From the NCBI GenBank assembly GCA_944331865.1, contig CALVIZ010000004.1, forward strand, positions 1-45,947: 45,947 nucleotides of DNA, in the 5' to 3' direction. The stretch comes from an uncultured Bacilli bacterium (lineage in GTDB: Bacteria > Bacillota_I > Bacilli_A > RF39 > UBA660). Positions 20,477 through 28,749 of this stretch are shown here, piece after piece; position 1 is the stretch's first letter, and each line of letters starts with the position of its first letter. A model generated the notes under the pieces. That model had not been told where the DNA came from. It did no database searches and saw only the letters and a list, made by a program, of their open reading frames with translations. Made by a program: the position numbers and the translations under genes.

Positions 20477-21238
20477 CTATCCAACTAATTCTTTCTTATT
20501 AAGTTTAAACTTATCTGCTATAGTTGTTAAAAATTCTGAATTTGTAGGTCTACTTCTGTCAAAATCGATACTATTTCCAAATAAATCTTCCATTAATTTT
20601 ATATCACCTCTCATACAACTTATTTCAATTGCATGTCTAATTGCTCTTTCTACTCTAGTTGATGTTGTATCATATTTTTCTGCAATTACTGGATATATAT
20701 CCTTAGTGATAAAATTAATTTCTTCTGTACTTTTATATAAAAGCATTATTCCTTCTCTAATATAACTATATCCTCTTACATGAGATGGTATTCCTAAATC
20801 ATGTAATAATGAACTAACTTCGACTTCGACACTTATGTTGTTAAGTTTATATTCTCGGTCTTGTTCAAAAAGACCTAACATTCTACTCTCTAAAATACTT
20901 AAATCAATTGGCTTAAGCATATAATAGCTAGCGTTTAATGTTTGTATCTTTCTTATTGAATAATCATCTTTAAAACTTGATAATACTATTATCTTTTTAT
21001 CAATTTTATTATATTTTAAATCTTCTAATATTTTAATTCCATCTATTTGTGATAATAAAATATCTATTAAGATTAAATCATATTCATTTTGATTGCTTAA
21101 TAAATAATTTAACCCTTCCTTTCCATTATTAAATACTGCCACTACTTTTACATTTTCATTGCTTCGAAAATAAGTTTTAACACTCCTTAATACTGCTTCG
21201 TTGTCATCTATTGCAACAACTCTAATAATTTTGTCCAT
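20477..21238 (-). CDS. spo0A: Sporulation master regulator Spo0A
   Basis: Receiver domain (DDN, D, KP) plus GIPSHVRGY, TKDIYP, RVERAIRHAIE and PTNSEF. Confidence 0.95.
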   Translation of the reverse strand: MDKIIRVVAIDDNEAVLRSVKTYFRSNENVKVVAVFNNGKEGLNYLLSNQNEYDLILIDILLSQIDGIKILEDLKYNKIDKKIIVLSSFKDDYSIRKIQTLNASYYMLKPIDLSILESRMLGLFEQDREYKLNNISVEVEVSSLLHDLGIPSHVRGYSYIREGIMLLYKSTEEINFITKDIYPVIAEKYDTTSTRVERAIRHAIEISCMRGDIKLMEDLFGNSIDFDRSRPTNSEFLTTIADKFKLNKKELVG

Positions 21239-21322
21239 GTGTTTTTTCCTCTTTCTTTGTCTATATTTCCTGCACCTAAATTCATTATAATTTAATATTC
21301 AGCAAAATGCTACAAAAACTTT

Positions 21323-21329
21323 TGTCGAA
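21323..21329 (+). promoter_or_regulatory. Spo0A box upstream of spo0A
   Basis: Perfect TGTCGAA 85 nt upstream of the spo0A start. Confidence 0.7.
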
Positions 21330-21393
21330 TTGTGTAAATCCTTGTAAAGAGTTGTCACTTTTTGTTATACTTAAACAAAAAGAATAGTTTTTA

Positions 21394-22158
21394 CTATCCT
21401 TCTAAATTAAACTTTTTAATTCTTTCTTTAACTTCTTCTTCAGTTAAGTTTGTTGCAATTGCTATGGTTTTTATTGGTGTCTTTATCTTTAATAAGTTTT
21501 TTATGGCATTATTCTTTTCTTCTTCTTCACTTATTTCTCTTATAAATTTCGTATCACTATTTAATCTCATTATCTCACCTTGAAATTTTTTTATTATTTC
21601 ATCTTCTGGAAAGAAATCTTTTAATTCTTCTGGTGTCATATTTAGCATTAATAAATATCTTAATCTCTTTCTTTCTTCCTCATTATTGTAACATATTTCT
21701 TCTGCTTTTTCCATATATACATTCCATGTCCCAAAGTTTTCTGTATATATTCCATCTTCATCTTTTAAATATGCTTTATTCATTAATCTTTTTGCTTTTT
21801 TATAATTATATATTAGGTTTATTTGTAAAAACTTTGTTTCTACATCTATTCCTTCTCCTTTGGTTATATTATTGCTAAACATTTTACATAAATATGATAA
21901 ATTCCTAATCTTTACTATTTCTGATAATCCTTGAGCATTCATTTCTACATTTATTATTTTATTATCTACTCTTACTAATACATCTAATGTTTTCTTTCTT
22001 TCACTTTCTGTATCTAAGGCTAACTCTACTGGAATAAACTCTAATACTTCTACCTTTTCATTAAATATTGTACTTAATAATGCTTCTAATATTTCTTTAC
22101 CATATTTATTACTTGCAACTGTTTTAAATAGTCTATCATTTTTTGCCGTGTATATCAT
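21394..22158 (-). CDS. Rpn-family PD-(D/E)XK nuclease / putative transposase
   Basis: NDRLFK, LDVLV..INVEMN and C-terminal IAIATNLT. GGAGG RBS. Confidence 0.8.
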   Translation of the reverse strand: MIYTAKNDRLFKTVASNKYGKEILEALLSTIFNEKVEVLEFIPVELALDTESERKKTLDVLVRVDNKIINVEMNAQGLSEIVKIRNLSYLCKMFSNNITKGEGIDVETKFLQINLIYNYKKAKRLMNKAYLKDEDGIYTENFGTWNVYMEKAEEICYNNEEERKRLRYLLMLNMTPEELKDFFPEDEIIKKFQGEIMRLNSDTKFIREISEEEEKNNAIKNLLKIKTPIKTIAIATNLTEEEVKERIKKFNLEG

Positions 22159-22251
22159 AATAAACCTCCCTTCATCATATATCTTAAATAAAGGAAGTTA
22201 TTTTTCTTTTTTTTCTTTATAAAAAAAACAAGTATTTTTTTACTTGTCATA

Positions 22252-22965
22252 TTACTTTTCAAATTCTAATAAAATACTTTCTAAACTGTCTATATTAGTT
22301 GAGGCTCCTCCGACTAAAAAACCATCTATATTTTTTATTTTGTTTAGTTCACTTATATTATCTTTATTAACACTTCCTCCATATAATACTTTTAGTTTTG
22401 TATCATACTTTTCTTTTATTATTTTATTTATAAATTCAATATTTTCTTTAATTTCTTCATTAGTTGGTACTTTGCCACTACCTATCGCCCAAACTGGCTC
22501 ATAAGCAATTATAATATTTTTAAGTTCAACATTGTTAAGTACTTCACTAATCTCTTTTTCTAATACTATATATGTATTACCTTCTTCTTTTTCTTTTAGT
22601 GATTCTCCAATACAATATATTACTTTTATATCATTTTCAATCGCATTGTTGATTTTATTAATAAAATCAATATTTAACTCATTTTTATATATTCTTCTTT
22701 CACTATGTCCAATTATAGCATAACTTACATTCATACTTCTTAATTGTTCACCCATGACTTCTCCAGTTATTGTCTTGTCTATAAATGATGATATGTCTTG
22801 GACTCCTAGTTTATAATTATCCCCACTAAAATAACTTAAATATATATTTGATGGACAGATTACTAATTCTATATTTTTAAAACCTAATTCATTTAATTTA
22901 TTGCTATATTTTATTATATCTTCTTTATTTAATTTGTTTTTAAAATTACATACTAAATACTTCAT
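22252..22965 (-). CDS. tpiA: Triosephosphate isomerase
   Basis: NFK, IIGHSERR, AYEPVWAIG, YGGSV and LVGGAS. The start is placed at MKYLV. Confidence 0.96.
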   Translation of the reverse strand: MKYLVCNFKNKLNKEDIIKYSNKLNELGFKNIELVICPSNIYLSYFSGDNYKLGVQDISSFIDKTITGEVMGEQLRSMNVSYAIIGHSERRIYKNELNIDFINKINNAIENDIKVIYCIGESLKEKEEGNTYIVLEKEISEVLNNVELKNIIIAYEPVWAIGSGKVPTNEEIKENIEFINKIIKEKYDTKLKVLYGGSVNKDNISELNKIKNIDGFLVGGASTNIDSLESILLEFEK

Positions 22966-24089
22966 TATTTCATCCATTCTAGGGCTTTTAATGTTTTATC
23001 AGCAATGTATTCTAGTGTTGCTCCCCCACCACTAGATATAAAGTAAAAATCATTACTATATCCAAATTTTTTAACGGCACTAGCTGTATCTCCTCCACCA
23101 ATTATTACTTTTACTCCACTTTCTTTTAGCGCTTTTAATAATTCTTTAGTACCTTCCGTAAATCTATCATCTTCAAACTTACCACAGGTACCATTTACAA
23201 ATATAATACTAGCACTATCTATATATTTTTTATATTCATTAATGCTTTTATTTCCTATATCATATATTATTCCGTTATCAATTGTAAAATCAATTGGTAA
23301 TTTTATCTTTTCTTTATATTTATTCATTAATTCTTTTAATTCGTTTAAAATTTCTTCATCATTAGTCGCAAGACTTTCCCCAATATCTGCTCCCTTAGCT
23401 TTTAAAAATGAATTGGCAATACCCCCACCAAGAAGTAAATAATCACATCTATCAATAAGCGATTTAATTATAGGAAGTTTATCATCAACTTTTACTCCAC
23501 CCATAAATACTACAAATGGGTTTGGGGTATCGTGAACTAATATATCAAGTTTATTAAGTTCTTCTTCAACTAAAAAACCTATTGCATGTGGTAAAAATTT
23601 GGCAATTCCCGCAGTTGATGCATGAGCCCTATGCATAGAACCAAATGCATCATTTATATATACTTCACCTAAACTTGCCCAATATTTAGCAAGATCTAAA
23701 TCGTTTCCACTTTCAAGTTTTTCTGGATAATCCATAAATCTTGTGTTTTCTAAAAGTATTACTTCACCTAAAGATGAATTATCTACTATTTCTTTTACTT
23801 TTTCACCATAACAGGCACTTATAAACTTAACTTTTACCCCTAATAAATTAGATAATTCTTTACCTACAAATTTTAAAGTGTTTTTAGTTTTATCTTCTTC
23901 ACTTTTAACTCTACCAAAGTGGCTTAAAATAACAATTTTACAATTGTTATTAAGTAAATATTTTAAAGTATCTAAACTTTTTAATATTTTAGAATTATCC
24001 GTGATTTTTTCTCCATCTATAGGCACATTAAAATCACATCTAATTACTACAGATTTATTATTAACTGATATATCTTTTAATGTTTTCAT
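22965..24089 (-). CDS. pgk: Phosphoglycerate kinase
   Basis: RCDFNVP, SHFGR, LLENTRF, DAFG..HRAHAS, GGGDT and SGGGA. True start is ATG 24089 after GAAAGGA. Confidence 0.96.
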   Translation of the reverse strand: MKTLKDISVNNKSVVIRCDFNVPIDGEKITDNSKILKSLDTLKYLLNNNCKIVILSHFGRVKSEEDKTKNTLKFVGKELSNLLGVKVKFISACYGEKVKEIVDNSSLGEVILLENTRFMDYPEKLESGNDLDLAKYWASLGEVYINDAFGSMHRAHASTAGIAKFLPHAIGFLVEEELNKLDILVHDTPNPFVVFMGGVKVDDKLPIIKSLIDRCDYLLLGGGIANSFLKAKGADIGESLATNDEEILNELKELMNKYKEKIKLPIDFTIDNGIIYDIGNKSINEYKKYIDSASIIFVNGTCGKFEDDRFTEGTKELLKALKESGVKVIIGGGDTASAVKKFGYSNDFYFISSGGGATLEYIADKTLKALEWMK

Positions 24090-24109
24090 ATTATCCTTTC
24101 TGTATTGAT

Positions 24110-24153
24110 AACCTGCGACCGCGGCGATTTTAAAGGCCGCCGCGGAATAGGTT
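24110..24153. repeat. GC-rich inverted repeat (hairpin/cruciform)
   Basis: CCGCGGCG (24119-24126) and CGCCGCGG (24138-24145) form a perfect 8-bp stem, with outer AACCT/AGGTT. Confidence 0.8.
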
Positions 24154-24196
24154 CTCCCTCTAATTTTATTTATTCCCTTATCCCAGTTTTTACCCC

Positions 24197-24230
24197 GCTT
24201 GCCTCGCACCGCAAGGACGCGAAGACAAGC
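24197..24230. repeat. Second GC-rich imperfect inverted repeat
   Basis: GCTTGCCTCGC...GCGAAGACAAGC, 11 nt past the 105-aa ORF stop. Confidence 0.7.
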
Positions 24231-24241
24231 ATGTCCTCTTT

Positions 24242-24559
24242 TTAGCTTATTCTGATCGGGTCAGCGGACGAGCCGCTGCCCGATACATATGTTGTGAAAG
24301 ATGTTAGATAAAAGGATGGCCGCACCGCAGGTTTGTTACCGTACACTACGTCGTCGCTGACGAGGCTACCCGCACTGCTCACCATGAAGGCACCACCGGA
24401 ATCACCCGAGCGGCGAGAAATTGTCCATTCGTATAGTCCCATGTACATCCAATTATTATTTCTTATACTAGCACTATCATAACCACGCATATTTGTTGTC
24501 CAATAACTATTGCTGGCTGCATATCCATAATCACTTGCATACATTAATCCTATTTTCAT
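24242..24559 (-). CDS. C-type-lectin-fold-like C-terminal domain with a DGR variable-repeat-like segment
   Basis: IGLMYASDYGYA...WTIS-x7-AF-x-V-x3-G...AVRP pattern, with a locally very GC-rich 3' half. Confidence 0.6.
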   Translation of the reverse strand: MKIGLMYASDYGYAASNSYWTTNMRGYDSASIRNNNWMYMGLYEWTISRRSGDSGGAFMVSSAGSLVSDDVVYGNKPAVRPSFYLTSFTTYVSGSGSSADPIRIS

Positions 24560-25230
24560 ACTTTTTGTATTATTATTTCTGCATTCATTGTTTGGCCGGC
24601 ATTTGCTTGTTGATCGGTATCCAAATTAATGAATGTTGCAGTAATTGTCCAATTTTGGGTTGTAAAAGATGTGCTAGAATTTGATGTTATAGGATACTCA
24701 CTAGCTATAGCAAACGTTCCTGTCTTATTAGTAATATCAAAACCACTTACTGTTTGAGTTCCACTAGATGTCGTTGTTGTAACATTAGATTTATATGTTA
24801 AACCTTCTATTGAAGTTACTGCTTGACCTGCTGGATTTGTTATTGTAAGTAATATTTCAGGCTTTTGATCATCAGTTGTATATGTAAAACCATTAGAATT
24901 TATTTTAAAATAAACATAATATGTATAATTTGCAGTATTTGTCGTATTATTTGCTTTAAGAGATGCTGTTGCTGTTGCACTATCACTTAAATTTCCAGCT
25001 CCAACCCCAAAATTAAATTGGTTTATAGTTAAAGAAATATCATTACTTACATTAAAATTTAAAATATCTATTGAATCCGTTTCAACTGATGCATTACCTT
25101 TAGCTGTTCCCCCTGTTTGGTTTTCAAAATAAGCATATGTCACGGAAAAAATTGCTATTATAAAAGTAGCAACACAAATAATTACTATTTCTAATGTTTT
25201 TCTATTTATAGACCATTTTTCCATAATCAT
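24556..25230 (-). CDS. Secreted protein with a SipW-type signal peptide (TasA/camelysin-like)
   Basis: Hydrophobic helix then TYAYF, Thr/Ser-rich beta-type body, and W...QQANAGQ end motif. It overlaps the next ORF by ATGA. Confidence 0.7.
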   Translation of the reverse strand: MIMEKWSINRKTLEIVIICVATFIIAIFSVTYAYFENQTGGTAKGNASVETDSIDILNFNVSNDISLTINQFNFGVGAGNLSDSATATASLKANNTTNTANYTYYVYFKINSNGFTYTTDDQKPEILLTITNPAGQAVTSIEGLTYKSNVTTTTSSGTQTVSGFDITNKTGTFAIASEYPITSNSSTSFTTQNWTITATFINLDTDQQANAGQTMNAEIIIQKV

Positions 25231-25360
25231 TTATCCTTTATCTTTATAATAATAATATCATGGAAGAAATGCATTTTCAAGATTTTTGATTAAAATTATT
25301 AAAAATTTGTATTTTATTGACAAATATGTTAATATATTTACTCGTTAGGAAGGGAAAAAT

Positions 25361-26503
25361 ATGTATCTTAAAATATATATTATTAATGCTCCAGAAGAAA
25401 AAATAGATATTGATATTGACGCAAATTATTATAAAGGCAAATATTATTTTACTTTTATTTTTCCTAGTGAAGAAAAATATTATGAATTTTTAAAAACTAA
25501 AAAACTATATCGAAGTGATTTTTATAATTTAAGTGATGATGCAAAAAAATATTTAGAAGATAATATTGATACTATTTCAAAATTAATAATTAATTCTATG
25601 CCTATATATATTTTATTTAGTATTAGTGATATTAAAAGCACAGAAAATGTAATACTTGATATTAGTAATTTATCATGGAAAGATAAACTATATATTATTA
25701 ATAATATTGCTACTAATAATACATATTTTATAGATGTATATACATTAGATGAAGTATTAACTTTAGATGATATATCATGCATGTATAAAATTATAGAATA
25801 TTTAGTTGAAGATTTAAAAGATAAATCTCCATTAGAACAACTATATTCTATTTATAATTTTTTAAAGGATAGACCTTTTTTATCATCAGGTATAAAAGGT
25901 AATAAATATTTAAGTAGAAGTTTAAATCAAGTATTATATACTAATCCTATAGTATGTCACGGTTTTGCAAATTATTTTAAAGCAATGGCTAATGCTTTAG
26001 ATATAAGTGTTGAAAATACTTTTTGGAAAGGGGAAATATCTCATATTTCTAATATTGTATATATTAATGATAAAAAATATGATATTGTTGGTATTTTTGC
26101 TATCGATATAACTTGGGATAATAAAAAAAACAGTATTAAGCATTTTTTACATCCGATAAAACAAGAAAAAGATGAAAAATACAGTGAAAATTTTGTTCTA
26201 TTTAAAAACAAAAATAGTGTTGACGAATTATTTTTAAAGTATTTGGAGTTTTTAAAAACCAATAATGAAAAAGATAGATTAGAAATAAAATTAAAAATAA
26301 TATATATTATAAATAAAATATATCAATTATTAAAATTAGATAAAAGAATAGATATTATTTGTAATATTACTGAAGAAGTGAAATTAATTTTTGAATTGAC
26401 TAAAGTTGATTTATCTATTTTTACTTTATCGAGTATATTACCAAATAATGAAAAAAGTCTTGATTTATTAAAAACTAGTCCATATTATAAGAGGTGCATA
26501 TGA
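25361..26503 (+). CDS. Transglutaminase-like (Cys-His-Asp) protein, copy 1
   Basis: VCHGFANYFK, SHISN and IDITWD. Confidence 0.75.
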   Translation: MYLKIYIINAPEEKIDIDIDANYYKGKYYFTFIFPSEEKYYEFLKTKKLYRSDFYNLSDDAKKYLEDNIDTISKLIINSMPIYILFSISDIKSTENVILDISNLSWKDKLYIINNIATNNTYFIDVYTLDEVLTLDDISCMYKIIEYLVEDLKDKSPLEQLYSIYNFLKDRPFLSSGIKGNKYLSRSLNQVLYTNPIVCHGFANYFKAMANALDISVENTFWKGEISHISNIVYINDKKYDIVGIFAIDITWDNKKNSIKHFLHPIKQEKDEKYSENFVLFKNKNSVDELFLKYLEFLKTNNEKDRLEIKLKIIYIINKIYQLLKLDKRIDIICNITEEVKLIFELTKVDLSIFTLSSILPNNEKSLDLLKTSPYYKRCI

Positions 26504-27702
26504 AATTAACAATAAAAATTAGAAATGAAACAGAAAATTTTTTATTAGTATTTATAAATGAAGATGAAAATGGGTTTAGTTATGTTTACTCTTTTTCAAA
26601 CGAAAATACTTATAAAAATTTTTTAAAAAATAGAACAGTTAAACGAATTTTTTATATTGATGATAATGCTGATGCTAAAAAACATATTAAGAATAATTTA
26701 GCAGAATTTAATTTGCTTATAGAACAAACTATGCCTATATATGAAATAAATAGTTTAGATGATATATTAGAAACGGAAAACGTAATATTAGATATTAGTA
26801 ATTTAGCTTGGCAAGATAAATTATATGTTATTAATAATTTAGCTACTAATAAAACTTTTTTTAAAGATAGATATACCTTAAATGAAATTTTAACATTAAA
26901 TGATATACAATGTATGTATATGATAATTGAAGATTTAGTAAGACCTTTAAAAATTAAATCTCCATTAGAACAATTATATTCCATCTATACTTTATTAAAA
27001 GAAAGACCTTATTATAATGATAATAACGAAGATATTAATACTACCCGTAGTTTAAATCAGATTTTATATACAAATCCTATAGTTTGTGCTGGATATGCCA
27101 ATTTTTTTAAAGCAATGTGTGATGCTTTAGATATAAGAGTTGAATATTTACATTGGGATAAAAATGATAGTTCTCATGTTGATAACATATGTTATGTTAA
27201 TGATTCTAAATATGATATTGTGGGAATATTTGCTATGGATATTACTTTTGATGTAGAAAGTAATAGAATCTTACATTTTTTATATCCTATGAATAAAGAA
27301 ACTAGAGAAAAAACTCTTGGTGGTTATGTTGTAGATGAACAAAATATATATTATAATTTGTTGAGTCAATACAAAGATTATCTTTATTATATTGAAAAAA
27401 AATATCCAAGTTTTATTATTGATAACCAAAAACAACGGATAATAAGAATAATAAATCAAATTTACGAATTATTAAAATTAAATTATAAAATAAATGAACA
27501 ATGTAATATTGATGAAGAAATTAAAAAAATTAAAAAATATGCTAATGTTTATATATCGCCATTTACTTTAAGAAAGATAATAGATATTGCTGATTTAGAA
27601 TATAGTTTGGAAGTAATAAAAACTAGTTTTCATTATAAAGCATTACATCCTGAAGATAAATTAATGGTAGATGTTTTATGGAATTGTAATAGAAAATTAT
27701 AA
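26500..27702 (+). CDS. Transglutaminase-like protein, copy 2 (tandem paralog)
   Basis: VCAGYANFFK, SHVDN and MDITFD. It shares ENVILDISNL, SPLEQLYSIY and RSLNQ-LYTNPIVC with copy 1. ATGA overlap. Confidence 0.75.
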   Translation: MKLTIKIRNETENFLLVFINEDENGFSYVYSFSNENTYKNFLKNRTVKRIFYIDDNADAKKHIKNNLAEFNLLIEQTMPIYEINSLDDILETENVILDISNLAWQDKLYVINNLATNKTFFKDRYTLNEILTLNDIQCMYMIIEDLVRPLKIKSPLEQLYSIYTLLKERPYYNDNNEDINTTRSLNQILYTNPIVCAGYANFFKAMCDALDIRVEYLHWDKNDSSHVDNICYVNDSKYDIVGIFAMDITFDVESNRILHFLYPMNKETREKTLGGYVVDEQNIYYNLLSQYKDYLYYIEKKYPSFIIDNQKQRIIRIINQIYELLKLNYKINEQCNIDEEIKKIKKYANVYISPFTLRKIIDIADLEYSLEVIKTSFHYKALHPEDKLMVDVLWNCNRKL

Positions 27703-27710
27703 AAAATATG

Positions 27711-27746
27711 AAAAAAATTTGTATTTTTGAAAATACAAATTTTTTT
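27711..27746. terminator. Bidirectional terminator between the transglutaminase pair and gap
   Basis: AAAAAAATTTGTATTT-loop-AAATACAAATTTTTTT. Confidence 0.75.
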
Positions 27747-28749
27747 ATTCAAACATTTTCTTTGCTGTTCTTAGCATTTGAGCTGTATAACCATATTCGT
27801 TATCATACCAAGCTACTATTTTAACTAGTTGGGTGTCATCTACTTCTACAATACTTGTTGATAAACCATCAACTAATGCACCATATTTTTTACCAATTAT
27901 ATCACTAGATACTATTGGATCCATTGTAAATTTTAAGGTTTCATCTTGATTATCCATTAATAATTTATTAACTTCTTCTACACTTGTGTTTTTCTTAAGT
28001 TCAAGAGTAACATCAATTACAGATCCATCTGCAACTGGTACTCTAAATGCTAAACCATCCATTTTATTTAACAAATCAGGAATTACTAATCCAATTGCTG
28101 ATGCCGCTCCAGTTGATGCTGGAACTATATTTTGACCACACGCTCTTCCTCGTCTTGCTTTAATTCCTTTTTTATGAGCAATATCAAGTGTTGCTTGATC
28201 ATTGGTATATGCATGTATAGTAGTCATAAATCCCTTTTTAATTCCTAAATTGTCATTTATTACTTTTAGTACTGGGGCAAGACAATTAGTTGTACAGCTT
28301 GCTGCAGATACCACTATATCTTCACTTGTTAATTCATTGTGGTTAACATTATATACTATTGTTTTCATATCACCTTTTCCAGGTGCTGATATAAGTACTT
28401 TTTTAGCTCCTGCTTCAATATGTTTTCTAGCATCTTCTAATTTAGTAAATTTACCAGTACATTCAAGTACTAAATCTACTCCTAATTCACCCCAAGGTAA
28501 ATTTACTGGGTCCATTTCTGCAAAAACTTTAATTCTTTTTTGATGTGCTACTACTATTTCATCTCCTTCAAATGTTATTTCATCTTCATGAAATGTACGA
28601 TGAACTGTGTCATATTTAACTAAATATGCTAAATCTTCTGCACTGGACAAATCGTTAATTGCTACAATATCAAAATCTGTTTGCGTAACTATTTGCCTAA
28701 ATGCAAGTCTTCCAATTCTTCCAAAACCATTAATTGCTACCTTAATCAT
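27745..28749 (-). CDS. gap: Type I glyceraldehyde-3-phosphate dehydrogenase
   Basis: INGFGRIGR, ASCTTNCLAP and WYDNE. Confidence 0.98.
   Translation of the reverse strand: MIKVAINGFGRIGRLAFRQIVTQTDFDIVAINDLSSAEDLAYLVKYDTVHRTFHEDEITFEGDEIVVAHQKRIKVFAEMDPVNLPWGELGVDLVLECTGKFTKLEDARKHIEAGAKKVLISAPGKGDMKTIVYNVNHNELTSEDIVVSAASCTTNCLAPVLKVINDNLGIKKGFMTTIHAYTNDQATLDIAHKKGIKARRGRACGQNIVPASTGAASAIGLVIPDLLNKMDGLAFRVPVADGSVIDVTLELKKNTSVEEVNKLLMDNQDETLKFTMDPIVSSDIIGKKYGALVDGLSTSIVEVDDTQLVKIVAWYDNEYGYTAQMLRTAKKMFE

Noticed and set aside
24090-24209. 40-aa N-terminal extension of Pgk in the ORF track
   Set aside because: It is a read-through of the GC-rich hairpin region. The real RBS and ATG are at 24089.
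24242-27702. Complete DGR cassette in the window
   Set aside because: I found no reverse transcriptase, avd gene or AAC-rich template copy of the variable segment by eye.
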